This document shows, one piece after another, positions 49,636 through 63,996 of a stretch of 64,000 nucleotides of DNA (the first letter of the stretch is position 1; each line of letters starts with the position of its first letter). Location: the NCBI GenBank assembly GCA_009103225.1, contig RHPI01002069.1, positions 1,631,442-1,695,441 on the forward strand. Reading direction: 5' to 3'. The stretch comes from Chlorokybus atmophyticus. Taxonomy: Eukaryota > Plantae > Mesostigma and Chlorokybus algae. The translations under genes were made by a program, and so were the position numbers. The notes under the pieces were generated by a model. It had not been told where the DNA came from, searched no databases, and worked only from the letters and a program-made list of their open reading frames with translations.

Positions 49636-52600
49636 CTAAGTTTGCATGGCTTCAACATCAGCTTGCGTGAGCAGCGTCCCGCCACCGCTGGGATCTCGCG
49701 GCACAGGCTGTGCCATCCTTCGCAGGAACTGCATTGGTGGACACACACTTGTCACGCCATTGCACGATAGACAAAAACGAGTTTTGTACCAATAAGCGCA
49801 CCTCTCTTGCAACATGAAGGGCCATGTCCGTGCTCAGATTCAGGTGCGCATCCTTGAGATGCGACGAGATCCATTGAGGCAGCTTGTTGCGCTTGTCTGC
49901 TCTGTTGTACCGCTTGTCCGCAAATATCATCATGCCATAATCTGCCTTTGATCGAATGACTCGGCCCATGCACCTGTGCACATGCACATTGACAGCAGGG
50001 TGTCATAACAAAGCGTACTTATAGCTATGCAATACAAAATGTGGTGATGGCACAAGCCACATACTGCGCAGCTTGACGGATGGCGTCAAATGCCAAGAAA
50101 TCGTTCTCCTTGATCTGGAACGTGTCGCGTAGATACTCCAACCGCGCGCGTAAAATGCGACTGAGCGTGTACTGAAAAGGCACTCCAAACATAACGACCA
50201 GTCGCCCGTAATGCTTGTCAAAGTCGATACCCTCAGCAACCTTGCCTCGTGCAACACTGCCACAAACATCAACAGTTCAGCACCTAAAGCCAACAGCACC
50301 ATATGCGAGCACACAGAACAACAGGCTGGAGCACTGCATCAATGGCGCAGACCTGAAGAAAACTGCCCCTCGTCCACAGTCGCAAGCACGCCTGTAGTTA
50401 TCTAGCGCCAGGGATGTCTCCACCACATCTTGGGTCTCTATGAAGATCAGTTTGTTTCGCATGATGTCCTGGAAGTTGTCACATAGCAAGATTAGACAGT
50501 TGAGTGCAGCATGCAATCCAACACTGCGAAGTCTTGCAGCACCTGAAGAACGCCAATGTCGTTCCATTGGCTTATGATGGAGTCCATGTACGAGTAACTG
50601 ACGAAAAAGCACACAATGCCATCTGGAACTATCTCGCACATGGAGGATAGCATGCGGCCATAGTTTCGGATGACTCCAGGGTCGCTGCGCCTGTGATGAA
50701 TGAAGAGAATCAGGAACATCAACCAATGATCAAAAGTAATCCAGTGTTGCATGATGGAATCGTATGAGTGGCATCAGTGTTGCTAGTAGTTGTACGGCCG
50801 CTCAAAGCAAGCAAACACGAAATGACGTGCAAGTGACATGCAAGTATCAACTCACATGTCAAACTTGGTGCTGACAGGCAGCTGATCGCTACCCCGTGTA
50901 AGCACCATTGGGCAAATGCATTCCCTTATCAGACTCATGTCCAAGCTCTGGATGGTGACCGGGTTGAAGTTGAGGATGCGCGGGTACAGGTCAATTGGAC
51001 TGAGCGTCCCGGAAGTAATGATGACCGACTGAAACCTTTCAAAAACAGGCTTGATGGCCAAGGATGCATCCAGACAGCTTAGTTGTAGAACAGGATCAGG
51101 AATGTGTGGCATGCGCTCATCAAATGGCTCAATAATGATCGCAAAGCCCTTTGCATAAGTGCCGACCAGGGTTGCATAGTCACAAACTACCTATGTCAGC
51201 AAAAGGCAAAGCAAACGAATATGGTAAGCAAGTCGTGATCAGCTAAGATAAGTCCACATGGTATGTGCGCAGCAAGGAGATGCATCAGCATTACCCGCAG
51301 ATGCATAAACTCGTCCACATCGGTAATCTCTAATGTCATGAGCAGAGACTGCAGCCGGTCATAACAAAACTTCAACGTCTTGGAATCAATCCCAGTTTGG
51401 GTAGCTAATGTAGATAGAAATGACAACGGACTTTCGCTCTCCACCTGAGGCCGCCAATGGCCACATCAGCCCGAATCTATGTGCCAGACGCATGCTATGA
51501 TTCTCTCAACCAAAGTCGTTACCTGTTCAACTTGCAAACGTGTGCGCAAGTACTCCACAAAGCGCCTCATGAAGGCAATGAAGTGCTCAGCGCGACGAAT
51601 GTTCCCAGGTACGGCCTCTTTGAGAATGTCGTCTGGCAATGCAGGGTTGGCCAACCATTGATCTGTCTCTGTAGGTGGTCAAATACTATCATTAGTGTTT
51701 TACATACACAGCTATGCATGGCATGCTAATCATGGTCATCTGTCGTCCTGAAACCAATGCCGAGAATAAAGGTACAAGTGTTACCTGGGCGCGCGCCTGG
51801 CAACGCATTGTGCTGCTGCAGTCCTTGCACCAGCCTGTTGTACTCGTCGCGCAAACGCTTTGCATCTGTAGCCTTGAACCTAGGCAAGCACATCCAGTGT
51901 GGATACAGCAATGATGTATGCTCTAGTCAGCTCAAGTTGACAATATGCACTCACCTGTCGATGATGCGGTTGAGGCTTGCAATGTTTCGACCAGCACCAT
52001 CAAGCGTTTGCTGTCGTATGTTTACGCTTAAAGCCTCAATGCAAACATTGTCAATGTTGTGGGCTTCATCAAACACGATGATGCACTCCCGTTCAAGCTC
52101 TCTGGAAACCATGCCTGTTGAAAGGTGATCAAACAACATGCCAAGTTAACAAGCCCAAGCGATGCAATTATTGGTATACAACAGGAACTGCACCTGACAC
52201 CTTGGGGTCCAACAGGTACTGATAATTGTACACAACAACGTTGGCAAAGGCGATCATGTGACGTGCAAGATAATAAGGGCACCACCCTGCCTTCTTGCCG
52301 GAAACCTGCAACGAAGGAAGGCAAGTATGGCAAATGCTGCCATCTGCCATGAAATGTTTGAAAATGGCTTACCTTCATATCGGACAAAGAGTACACGCCT
52401 GGAGGCAGAAGAGCCTCTGCGCCTTTCTTGTCGTAATTCTCAAAGTATTCACAAAGCTCAATATCAGCACCTTCATCTAGCGCCTTAGCGCGAACCCATG
52501 AAGCTGTAAGCTGCCTGCACTTGGCGTCCACACCCTCGCGTGCCCCCTCTTGATTGACCTACAATACATGTCACAATGCCACACATGTTGCATTTCACCC

Positions 52601-53623
52601 ACCCGCAGCAAGTAACTCGCATCCACTGCCTCACTGGCTTACCCTTGGGTGTATGCACAGGTTTTTACGCGAACTGAGACCGAGCGCTAAGATCTTGGCT
52701 TGTTTACCAATTTGCGACTCCTGGTACTTCTGCAGCAGCCTTAACTCTTCCAGAGCCTGAGGTCAGAGAGCGCAACATTGTACAATTGACTACACTACCA
52801 CATATTGGAAACAACAAGGTACTACTTTAACACACACCTTCTCCATCTCTGGGACAGTGCGTGTGCAGTATATGAGCTTGCCAATCTCGGCATGTGCGAG
52901 CTGGTAAGAAGTAATGAGCGACAATAGTGTGATGGTTTTGCCCGTGCCGGTAGGCATCTCCAGCAAGCAGTGGCCCTGAAGATGGTAGTGTAAGTGTAGA
53001 TGCATCGACTTGTACCGCGGTGGCATGCAAAAGACACTTGATGTACAATCAAATCTGTGTCAGAGTCGCAAACTGTTTGCAGGTGTTGTGCGCCTGCCAA
53101 CCGTACTGACCAACTTGTAAGCATACAAACCCTACTAGTTGCAAACTATGGGCCTGTGCAGTCATTGTGGAGGCAGGTGAAACATATGCCTTTTTCGTAG
53201 TAACGTTCCGTCACAATGCACGTGAACATGCATGAATGCTGATCACCAATGACACAGAATGCTTGCCTTAGCGTCCAAACAGCGCTTGAGCTCCAGCATA
53301 TAGCGGTACTGCTCGGGGTAGATGTACTCATAGGGGAAGTAAACCGTCAGCCCATCCAGCGTGAACCTGAAACAGCCCCTTAAAGCATGTTCTTGCATAC
53401 AAACCATGCGCACAGTAGAAGGTATGCATGCTGATCGCTTTGACTAAAATCTCTAAAGCACACAAAAGTTCAGCACTCAGTGGATAGAACATCGCACACA
53501 GCACAAGTACTGACTTCATGGTGGAGTCGCCGTGCGCAGCACACAATGCGCTTTCGGCAGGACTTTAAGCTTCTCCTGTTATCCACATGCACAACCTCAA
53601 CAGCACTATCCTCCGCACCGCAT
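49636..53623 (-). CDS. XPD: TFIIH/NER 5'-3' helicase XPD (RAD3/ERCC2), multi-exon
   Basis: MR|[87 protein letters not shown]. Confidence 0.97.
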
Positions 53624-53810
53624 GCCGCCCATCCGCCTGCCTTTCCAACCAGCAGCCAGGCTGCAACGTACCCAGGCCTAAGTCTAGTCTAAGCCTAAGC
53701 CTAAGCCAACACCTAAGCCCTGGACTTACGATCCGCATTGAGACAGCCTGTTAAGCTCTCGATCCCGTTCTTACAATCCCAAACTCTAAACCCCAAGCCT
53801 AAGCTGAACT

Positions 53811-53820
53811 AAACCCTAAA
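53811..53820 (+). promoter_or_regulatory. Telo-box-like AAACCCTAAA in the XPD/VPS35 divergent promoter
   Basis: Exact plant telomere-type motif 8 bp before a candidate VPS35 ATG (53829); degenerate CCTAAG repeats nearby. Confidence 0.45.
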
Positions 53821-53828
53821 GAGGGGAC

Positions 53829-56800
53829 ATGGAAAGTGATGCCTGCAGCGATAGTGCAGCAGATGCCGGCGAAGCGGCGGCGGCGGAGGCGGCGGCGAGG
53901 GCCGTGACGCCCGGCTTGCTCCCGTGCTTTGGGGAGCTGAAGCGGGTGGAGAGCTTAGCTAGGTTGCTCTTACAGCTTCCCAGCCTGCCTTGACAATGGT
54001 ACTGCTCACCTGCTTTGCAGATCACACAACACCGTTAGCTGCTGCTGCTGGCCTGCTGGTTGCTCTTGGTTTGGGTGTGCATGCAGGCGCTGTTTATTTG
54101 GTAGTCGAACTTAAATACGTTGGGGTATATATACGTTGAGTAAGAGGTGCACATCCCTATGGGTTGGTTGTTGCACGCAACGGGTACGGACTTGCACTGG
54201 TCAGGGCATGTTAGTTTGGCCGATGGCAGTGCCGTGAGCAACTTGGTGTCAGGTGCATCGGAATGCAGTAGGCTGGTTGACGCTGGTGATGCGCTAAGCC
54301 ATGCAGCGTGACTTGCGTGCTGGAGTCGGCTCCTCGTTGCATGCTGACAGTAGCTAGACATGCATTTGGCATTGACTTGTTGTTGCTTCATTGTAATTGT
54401 TGCGAGTTGCATTGTTCCCGTCACATACTCCAATGACAAGGAAATGTTGTTCGCATAGTGACTGATTGATCTGCATGCAGAACGGGCCGTCGGGCACTGG
54501 CCTGTCCCCTGTAGAAGAACAATCTCGCTATGTCACTGAGGCATTGCAGAATGTCAAGCAGCAGGCATACTATATGAAGAAGGCTCTGGTATGCAGCCAG
54601 TCAACAAATTCTGTGTCCATTTCCTTGAAGCATTTGCAGCGAGGCCCCTGGTTGTGTGCTTGTTGACACCGCAAAGGCTTAGGCTTCATTGTGCAGGATG
54701 ACAGCAATCTGCGAGATGCATTGAAGTACGCATCATCCATGCTGGGCGAGCTAAGGACATCGCTGCTGTCTCCACAAAAGTACTTTGAATTGTGTATCCC
54801 TTCACTGAATGTCATCAGCACGTTTTGTGCCCAACATAGCACAAGAGTTGACTTGCAGTAGAGAGTTCTGGCAGCTACTCTCCCTTTCTTCTTGTAACCT
54901 TGACAGCAAGCAGACATGCGCACCTTTGATGAGCTGCGGTATCTGGAGGCGTTCTTCTCAGATGAGCAGAAGCGAGGACGTGCAATGTCGGAGCTCTACG
55001 AGTTGGTGCAACATGCTGGCAATATACTGCCAAGATTGTACGTGCCTCATACGCGCAGTGTTTCTTGACATGAACGTATGCTCAGCAACTGTTGTCCACA
55101 TCGGCTGGTTGCATGCACAGGTACTTGATGACCACGGTAGGGTCAGTGTACATCAAATCTAAGCAAGCGCCAGCAAAGGAGGTGCTTCGCGATCTGGTGG
55201 AGATGACTCGGGGTGTGCAGCATCCTATCCGGGGCCTGTTTTTACGATCATATCTATCACAGATCTCTAAGGACAAGCTGCCAGATGTTGGAACCGAGTA
55301 TGAGGGGTACGTCTTACTGCCGCTATGGGCTTGCCAATGCAATCCCTATAAAAAGTTGGGGAGAAGGCAGCACTTCCCCGGGTGCTCTTATGAGCCTGTT
55401 ATGTGCAGAGAGGGCGGGACTGTACATGATGCGGTGGACTTTGTGCTGCAAAACTTCACGGAGATGAACAAGCTCTGGGTTCGTATGCAGCATCAGGTAT
55501 GGCTCTGACTCAGTTTGTTACCAATGTATGGCGACGCATAAACTGAGGATTGAAGTGTCCACATGCGTTGTTTTGTTGTCATGCCTATATTCTTACGTTG
55601 ACAGCTTGCAAGTAAGCTTCTGCAGTTTTGTCTGTGTTTGTGTACAAGATTGCTTACCGATCCCGAGTAGAATAAAGTACGCATGTCTAGTACGAGCAGT
55701 GCAAACTTCGCAGGCTAGCGCTCGTGAGCGGCAGAAGCGCGAGAAGGAGCGCAGTGAGCTGAGGGACTTGGTACGTATACACAAAGCTGGTGCTGCTCCT
55801 GAATTCCCCTGACACTGCAAGAGTGCATCCAGTGTCGCACAGCAAAACTCTTGCAGTTGGACAGTTGTGCGCGTGCTACTCACCACCATCGCTGCAGGTG
55901 GGCAAGAATCTACTGGTGCTAAGCCAGTTGGATGGTGTTGACCTTGAACTCTACCAGAGTACAGTGCTGCCACGCATACTTGAGCAGGTGAGCTTGCATG
56001 TCTGACACTGGTATCTTGTCAACATGAATATGGGCAACATCAGTACCTGAGTGACCATGGGATTCCAGGTTGTGAATTGCAAGGATGAGATTGCACAGTA
56101 CTACCTGATGGATTGTGTCATCCAAGTGTTTCCGGATGACTACCACCTGCAGACCCTTGATGTACTACTAGATGCCTGCTCCCAGTTGCAGGTAAGTGGC
56201 TCAACAGTTGGTATTGCACAAGACAAAAGCAGTTTGGAACACTGTGATTCATAATTAGCCATTGGGTTGGCAGCCGGGAGTAGACGTACGGACGGTAATC
56301 TCACAGCTCATGCAAAGGCTGGCGAGCTACGCAGAGCGGACGCCGGAGATACTGGCAGTTTTCGAGCAAGTCAACTCGTTTGGCAAACTCAGCTCTGCAG
56401 CTGCAAAAGTCGTGGAAGCTTATCCTGACATGACTCTGGTGGACGCCATTGGACTGCACGTTGCCCTGCTGAAGTTCGTATTGCGTGTTCATAAGAACAG
56501 GCTGGATTTTGTCAATGACGTCCTGGTAAGTGAGTGGGTTATACATGCATGCGACCTGCGATTGCTGATGATAACAAGACATAGCTACCTTGCCCTCACA
56601 TGCGGTCTGGTGCAGGCGTCATGCTGCTCTGTGCTTGCTGGCAAGGGGCGCATTGCCGAGGCTCGCGCAGCGAAGCAGGCGTTGGCAATGCTCACAACCC
56701 CTTTGGAAGCGTACCAAGACATCACTGATGTGTTGAACCTCTCCAACTACCCAAAGTTGATGGGGCACCTGGACCATCAAAACCACACAGAAATGGCAAC

Positions 56801-58394
56801 AACGCTAGTCAATGCTGTCATCAAGCATCAGACCATCATAAGGAATCCCGACATGGTGAGTGCCTTGCATCAGGTCTAATCGCATCCATAGCATTCAAGT
56901 TATTGCCTGCAACGACATACCGATCATTGCATATCGCCTATGCAGGTGGACAAGTTGCTAGGTTTTATTGCGCCACTTGTGAAGACGTTAGAAGGAGCCC
57001 CATCCGAGTCTGAACGTGACAAAGAGGAGTTTGAAGATGAGCAGAATCTGGTGGCACGTTTGGTCCACAATCTGTATGCTGATGCACCAGAGACAATGTT
57101 TGAGGTGAGCATTGTCAAAAACAGACATGCTACTTGCTGGCATTGGCCATCATTCCATACCAGATGGATGTTAATAAAGTGTTGCTGCAGATCTTGTCCA
57201 ACATGCGCAGACATTTCTCCCAGGGAGGCTCAACGCGCACACCTCACACGTTCTCGTCTATCACCTTCAGTGCTTTGCGGTTCATCAGGTCTGTGAAGTT
57301 GAAGGAGGCTGAGCAGCAGGAAACTGGTGTCTCTTTGAAAAAGATATTCCAGTTTTTGTATCAGGTATGCAAACGATTAGCAAGCATGTGCCATGCAGCC
57401 TAGCTGCTGTTGAAAAATCTGAGTGCTTCTGTCATGCGCACAATTCTGCAGGTAGTCCAATCTGTGGCAGATGCAGGAAACCCCGAGCAGGCATTACGGC
57501 TCAACCTGTTGTGCGCACAAGCAGCAAGTGATAGTGATTTTGAGTTGCTGGCTTATGAGTTCTTCACGCAAGCGTTTGTGCTGTACGAAGAGGAGGTGTC
57601 CGACACGCGGGCGCAACTGACAGCTTTGCACTTGATGATTGGCACGCTGCAGACCTGTTATGTGTTTGGCCCCGACGAGCGGGGCACACTAGTGCACAAA
57701 GCCACAGCCTACTCGGCGAGGCTACTGAGAAAACCGGACCAATGCCGCGCCATACTTGCTTGCTCGCACTTGTTTTGGAGTGACCATCCCAAGGGTGTCA
57801 AGGATGGGGACAGGTATGTGTGTGTGATGAAAATGCTACTGCAATGGTGCACATCTGCTGGAGATTGCCAACAGAAGCTGTTGACACTTGAGCCAAGCCT
57901 CCTACCATTGTGTCTTGCTGATGGAAACTCTTGGTGCAGTGTTCTGGCGTGCCTAAAGCGGTCATTAAAGATAGCCAATGCTGCTCAGCAATTGTACAAC
58001 GATGCTTCTGGCGGAGCTGGCCCAGTGTTCTTGTTTGTGGAAATACTGAACAAGTAAGCCTTGCATGAAATGTTGTGTTATGTGCGTGCTGGCATGCTCC
58101 ACCAGGGCAGGTTCTACTTGCATTCCCAGTGTTGCTGCATACAACATTGTTTTAAGAGCGCTTTCTTGCTTGGGCAGGTACTTGTATTACTTTGACAAGG
58201 GCACTCCAGCGATCACGCCGACCGTTCTGCAAGGCCTGCTCGAGCTAATACGGACAGAGCTAAATGGAGAACAAGAAAAGGATGCATCCATAACAAACTT
58301 TTATAGGAGTACGTTGCAACATATAGCTGCGCAGAAGAAGAAGGGGGGTGAGGTGGGAGAGCGGTACGCCAGTGTAAACATAGAGCTACATTAA
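53829..58394 (+). CDS. VPS35: Retromer subunit VPS35, multi-exon (start 53829 or 54475)
   Basis: [112 protein letters not shown]. Confidence 0.97.
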
Positions 58395-58835
58395 TGGGCT
58401 GACCACTCTGTCGCAATTGAAGTGTGGCGTGTTTTATAGATTGCTGCAGGGACTGATTGCCAATAAGTGTGCACAGGTCCCGGAAGGCTGTAACATGTCT
58501 GCTAGTTAAGAAGCATGGTTGTTAATCTGCATGAAAACTTGACTTGTATGCACCATTGCAAGTGGCCTCTTACAGCCTGATTGCTGTCCATGATATGCCA
58601 CTGGTTGTAGCCACTGCCGTAGGTTACAGTGATTTGTCGTGCTTGCAGTTGCAGGATGCACTGATTTTCGAAGGCCGCCTAAAATGCCTCTGCAACTGAT
58701 TAACTATGGCCAATGCGCATATGCCATTTGCATGCAACCCAGTAAAGGGATCCCTTAAATAATGGGCAGGGAATGACGGGCCAGGATTACTAGAATGCAA
58801 TGATGGCACCAAGGCGATGGGAATATGGTAGTCTG

Positions 58836-61800
58836 CTAGCGTAACAGCAGTCCAATTGCAACTGCCAGCAAGAGCGCAATAACAGCGCCTGCCACTGTGA
58901 ATAACCGCATCACGGATCGAGTTGCGCCACCTATCTGCTGCATTGTCGCGTGCAGTTCTTCAGAAGGCACCATTGTTTTGCTGCTGACATCGCTAGTCAA
59001 CCCCTCCTCAGGACGCCAAGGTTGCGGTGTATCTGTTGTTGAGGGTGCATCTTCCAGTATCCTTAAAACACTGCTAACATCACCAGGCAACTCGAGACCC
59101 AACATAGCCCGACAACGCTCACTGACATCCTGTTCAACGAGTCACACGTGAGGATCAAGTTCAGAGTGCGTTTGGCTGAGTGCGACAACTGCAGCTTTGC
59201 TAGCTAAGTAGCCTTGTGACAGATATGGCTGCAACAGACAAGAGCCTTGAAGAGATGTGTGATGGGCACACGCTCACCTCCAGTGTTTCACTGGGCAACA
59301 TGTAGTCTAAAAGAACAAGGCTGGGGTGCCATGCAATCTCCACGCGCTGCGGCAAGGCAGAAAACAATCCGCTGGAGCTGCAATGACCAACCACATAGTC
59401 AAGGCATATGTTGCCCCCACCCCCACCCCCACCCCCACCCCCACACACACACCACCACCCCCACACACACACGCTACCCACCGACACTTACAAAACCCAA
59501 ATCAAAAGGATATGTCACTGCTCTATGCACACGCGCACCTTTGAGGTGCACACAGAAGTGGATGACTAGCCGCCTGTCCCTGCTGGTCATTCGCTTGCTG
59601 TTCTGCTTCTGTAGCCTCCGTGCTGTCATCATTGCTGTTGGCTTCTGCATCTTCAACCAGCAACTCCAAGCGCGCGTGAAGAGAGTTGAGTATGTCATCC
59701 TGTAACACAAGTGTCAATATGTGCGCGTGTACGTGCGCCATTCCCACAAACCCAAACACACTCGAATGCAACCAACATATGCAATGTGTGCTGTCACCTT
59801 GAGGTCAGCAGCCGCGCGATCCCATGTGGCACGCGAGTGCGCGTACGCCACAGCGTGTATTGATCCCGTTAAGCGCATCTGCCCTGCAAGGGGCTGATCT
59901 GCAAAAGTGATGTTGAGCCAAAAGAGACTTGTGTATACACAAACACCCTGCACGCCCAAAACATGTACCGTCCGAGTCGTTGGTGGTGGCAAGGAAAGGA
60001 GGCACATAAATGTCTATCTCAGCATCTTCTCCGGCGTCTCCCAGCGCGCTAGCCACCTGCTCGTCGGGTTTTGCTGTCGCACCGTTGATGGTCAACAGCG
60101 CCAATTGCAAGCATGCAGCCTCCGCTTGAAGCATCGCGTACGCGTGCCTATGCAGCTCCTCTTGCCCACTTCCAGCGATTGGCCATCTGGTATGATTCAT
60201 ATAAGATGGTAGTACTGATTGTTTCACCGCACAAGGAACCGAAACAATATGACACTGACCAGAACAATCACGATGGCAAAAAAGTAGGTTAGAACTCATC
60301 AAGTCTACGAGTGGTATGCATTGACTAGCAACAGCATTAGCTGCACTACAATGAGCTTTCATGTCTTCAAGACTTGCCTGATGTCAAGTGAATACTGGCA
60401 GCTCATCTTCTGCAGGTTGGACAGGACCACTCCAGCTTGCATTTTGAACTCGCACGGCTTCACGTCAGGGCTGGATGCACCCGTCGTGCAGCTTTTGGCC
60501 GCATACCTGGCCGCAATGCTCACTTCACTACAACACGCAGATTACAGATACAACTATGCATCCCTTAATGCAACCGAGCAGAGAAGGCACTATTTGGCAG
60601 TCTTTACTGTGATTTGGTATGTCACTGCAAGTTGCTCTGCTTGCATCCATTTCAGGCGCTCAGAGTTGAGTGGAACATCAACCACTGTAAACATCACCAT
60701 GCGGCCTTGGCAGTAACCCTATGATGCACTAACTTTCGTGTTGTAGTTGAAATGTGCAGCAGCAGGGAGTCTTGAGCCTCACTTTTGGGCCTTTTGGACC
60801 ACCCAGCAGCAGCTACTGCACGTAGAGCCTGCACAAGACGCACTCAAACAACATGTGTCCAATCTACATGTCAAGTCATCATGTAACGAACAAAAGGTAT
60901 AACAATATAACTGTACACACCTGCACCAGGCGTGGCGTTGCTGCCTTGAACTGTGCATCGGATGTGAATGCATACATTCCTACCACTTGAATACCGCCAG
61001 GAAGCATGCGCCCAACCTGGCAACCAACAACAGTTGATGCCAGCTCAAAGCTTCACACTTTACTATGTTGTAGTGATGGTCTCTTCTCTGCTTACCTGCC
61101 GTGCATGCTCACCAATCCACTCGGCATCGATGTTGAGCGCGTTGTCGCTCTCAACTGCGGCATCATCCTCTCGCGGAGGCGTGCGGATGAGTGACAGAAT
61201 CAGGTCGCGGGCGCCCACAGCACGCTTGCCGATAATCAACCCAAGCTGCATTTCGCAATACCACAGGACACGAGTGACCAGCAGTCAAACGCATGCCATC
61301 AACCATACTCCATCGCTTGTGAATGTGAACATATATGCATGCAGTGAACAACGTGTCAACATATCTGTAGTGTTGTGTCCTAGAGTCATACACACTGGAC
61401 TGCACTGAACATCACAGCTTCCTGTACACTGGCAGCACACACGCACGCACAAGCACAGTGAGCAGCGATAGCGCACTGCCAACGCATGCAGCTGTGACAC
61501 CCATTCACTGCGCGCATGCCTGCTGATATGCACACTGAGATACATTCAACGCAACTGCTATGCTGTGGCAGGTGTTTGTGAGCAGGGCATAATGGTTGCC
61601 GTGGGTAGTTGTTTTGAGACTTGCGAACCTTGCCGCTTGCGACGTTATACTTGTTGATGTTGCAAGTACACTGGTTCAGCATGCATCTACATCCTATCTG
61701 GCAGCCTGACTCGGTGCCCACCACAACGCCGAACATGATATGCCAGGCCTGTGAGACAACTTGCCTCAGAGGGGCAGCGGCGGCGGAACAGGTCATCCAC

Positions 61801-61845
61801 ATGGCGCTGGACCAGGGTCTCCTCAGCCACGACAGCCTTCACCAT
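58836..61845 (-). CDS. ODR4: ODR-4-like ER membrane protein (C-terminal TM), multi-exon
   Basis: MVKAVVAEE...PSE|LGLIIGK, WIGEHARQ|VGRMLPGGIQVVGMY, and C-terminal hydrophobic VAGAVIALLLAVAIGLLL match plant/animal ODR4 as I recall them. Confidence 0.8.
59414..59443 (+). repeat. (CCCCCA)n intronic microsatellite
   Basis: Five CCCCCA units followed by CA repeats inside an ODR4 intron. Confidence 0.85.
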
Positions 61846-62583
61846 GGTGTCGCTGCCCGGCACGCCTCGCCCCACAACGCCGCCACCACCGTCGCACACA
61901 GGCACATCTAGCTCTGCAGCGTCAATGCTTGCGCAGCGCAGTCTTACAAGATTCTGTAGCGGCGGCGACTTCGGCAGCGGCGGCAGTGGCGTGGACAGGT
62001 GCGAGGTGGGGAGGGCTGTGAGAAGCTGCTGACTGCCTGGGTAAGGCGCCGGTAGCTTGCAAGACGCAGCGGCCAGCTGGTGAGAGGTTGCAGGCTTTCA
62101 GGCGGTCAGCAGCAGCGAGTCAGCTGCTGACTGGCTTCAGCTCATTGCTTTACAGTCAGTCCCAAGCTGAGGCATATTACAGTATGCTGAGGCGTATTAC
62201 AGTCTAAGTTGCCGGACTGGCTTTGTTATACTGCTAGGCACTACTGTAGTGCCACTACAGTCAGGCTTGTTGAGACTTGCAGCTCACACCTGTAACTACT
62301 AGAGTGGGTGTAGGACAAGTACGGTGTTGTAGCATACCATGCAGTATACATCTCATGTTCGTTGGTAGGCTACAGAGGGTGCAGAAGAGAGCACTATGCT
62401 CGCTTTGTTATTTGTGTGTGCACGGTTATGTCAACTGTTGATCGAAAACACGCTGTTGAAGTTTGGCCAAGCCAAGCTACGTGCATGCCCTCAGCAAGAT
62501 GTGCACTGAGATTGTGACGCACACTGTGGTTGCCTGTGGCAGTCAGTCCAGGCATTAAGCAGTTCTGTTGGCGTTGCCAGTCA

Positions 62584-62993
62584 TGGAACGGGTGGAGTCT
62601 GCACCTATGATTGGCGAAGAATCCAGTTTGCTGGACAAAGCCAGGAGCACTTTGCCAACTGCATTGGGCGGCAACCAGCCTGAGGAACCTGCCCCTATTG
62701 TTCTCGATGAGGTTCCCTCTCTTCTTGACGAAGCTACTGACCCCAACTCTCCAGCGGTAGCTGCTGTCACAGGCGTCGTCGTCGCTGGCCCAGCTGACAA
62801 ACCCACCAGCGCACTGGCTGACCCCTCCGCATTGAACCTGGGACCGTCCACTGGCGATGTGCCCGCTTTGTTCGAGTCCAAAGGTTTGGCGGCGCCTGGT
62901 GGTGGAGTCATTGACATGGTGAAGGGCCTCCTGCACTTGTCATCCAGTACTCCAAGCACAGATCAAAACGCACCATCATCTGACAGCAAGTAG
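62584..62993 (+). CDS. Hypothetical small acidic Pro/Ala/Ser-rich protein (possibly the terminal exon of a spliced gene)
   Basis: ORF 62568-62993 (first ATG 62584) with protein-like composition; candidate donor GTAAGG at 62041 and acceptor at ~62563; no recognisable domain. Confidence 0.45.
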
Positions 62994-63956
62994 GCAGTGG
63001 ACAAACCCCCTGCAGACCTGCCAGCTGCTCGTACATAGGCACCAGGTGGTAGTGCAGTGGAGTAGTTGTGTAAACTGTAATTGTGTGTCAATTTGTGCAG
63101 TCCACTTCGTCGTGTGTTTTGTGGGTGCCGTGAGTGTGCGCATGCGTGTACACAACATGCGGAACGCTACTGCGCGAGCATTGTTAGGCTAGCTGAGCTA
63201 TGTGTCATACCACGGTCCTTGCATATGCGTTGAACATGCAGCTAGTTTGTCACACACGCCAACCATCACCATCATCATTATCATTGTGTGCGTTGGGGTG
63301 TATAACACATGTGATGCTCAATTGCGGCGTGCAAACCAGCAACAAACATAGCATTGTGGGCAGGTGATTACAACCGCATGTATACAAAAAATTATATGCC
63401 TCATATGCTACCTCAGTAGTCATACACCAATGCATGACTACTAGGGTAGCGGCAATGTAGTTGTGCAATAGGGTAGCCCGGTGGTGAACTGAACTTGAAT
63501 TTATGCTGTGTGTGCAATGCATAGCATGTTATGCTACTGTCTGTATGCATGTCCTATGCATGCGCATACATACCTTGCAATCTATGTACATACACATGGT
63601 GGTTTGCACACATTCAACATGCGCTGCATGCCTCTTACAAGTACTCACCCAACAGCAATTATGACCACCGAGCCACACTACCCGAGCTATTACTACAGCT
63701 ATAGCCCACAATGTCACTCATGCATGCATGACTTACAAGTGTACCGCGTGAGGTAGAGCGGCCACAGATAGTCGAGCCCCGTCGTGGCGTTGTAATATGA
63801 GTGGCGGCTAGCTGCAAGTATTTGACACCATGCATGCATCGCACAGCAGCATACCCTAGTTGTACATCATCACACACTATTGGCATTAACAAAAATGCAA
63901 GCACAGCGTACACCATGTCTGTACCTAGCCACAAACTACATGTACAGCTAGCTACG

Positions 63957-63960
<4 letters not shown>

Positions 63961-63994
<34 letters not shown>
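63961..63994 (+). repeat. (AG)17 microsatellite
   Basis: Uninterrupted AG dinucleotide run. Confidence 0.97.
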
Positions 63995-63996
<2 letters not shown>

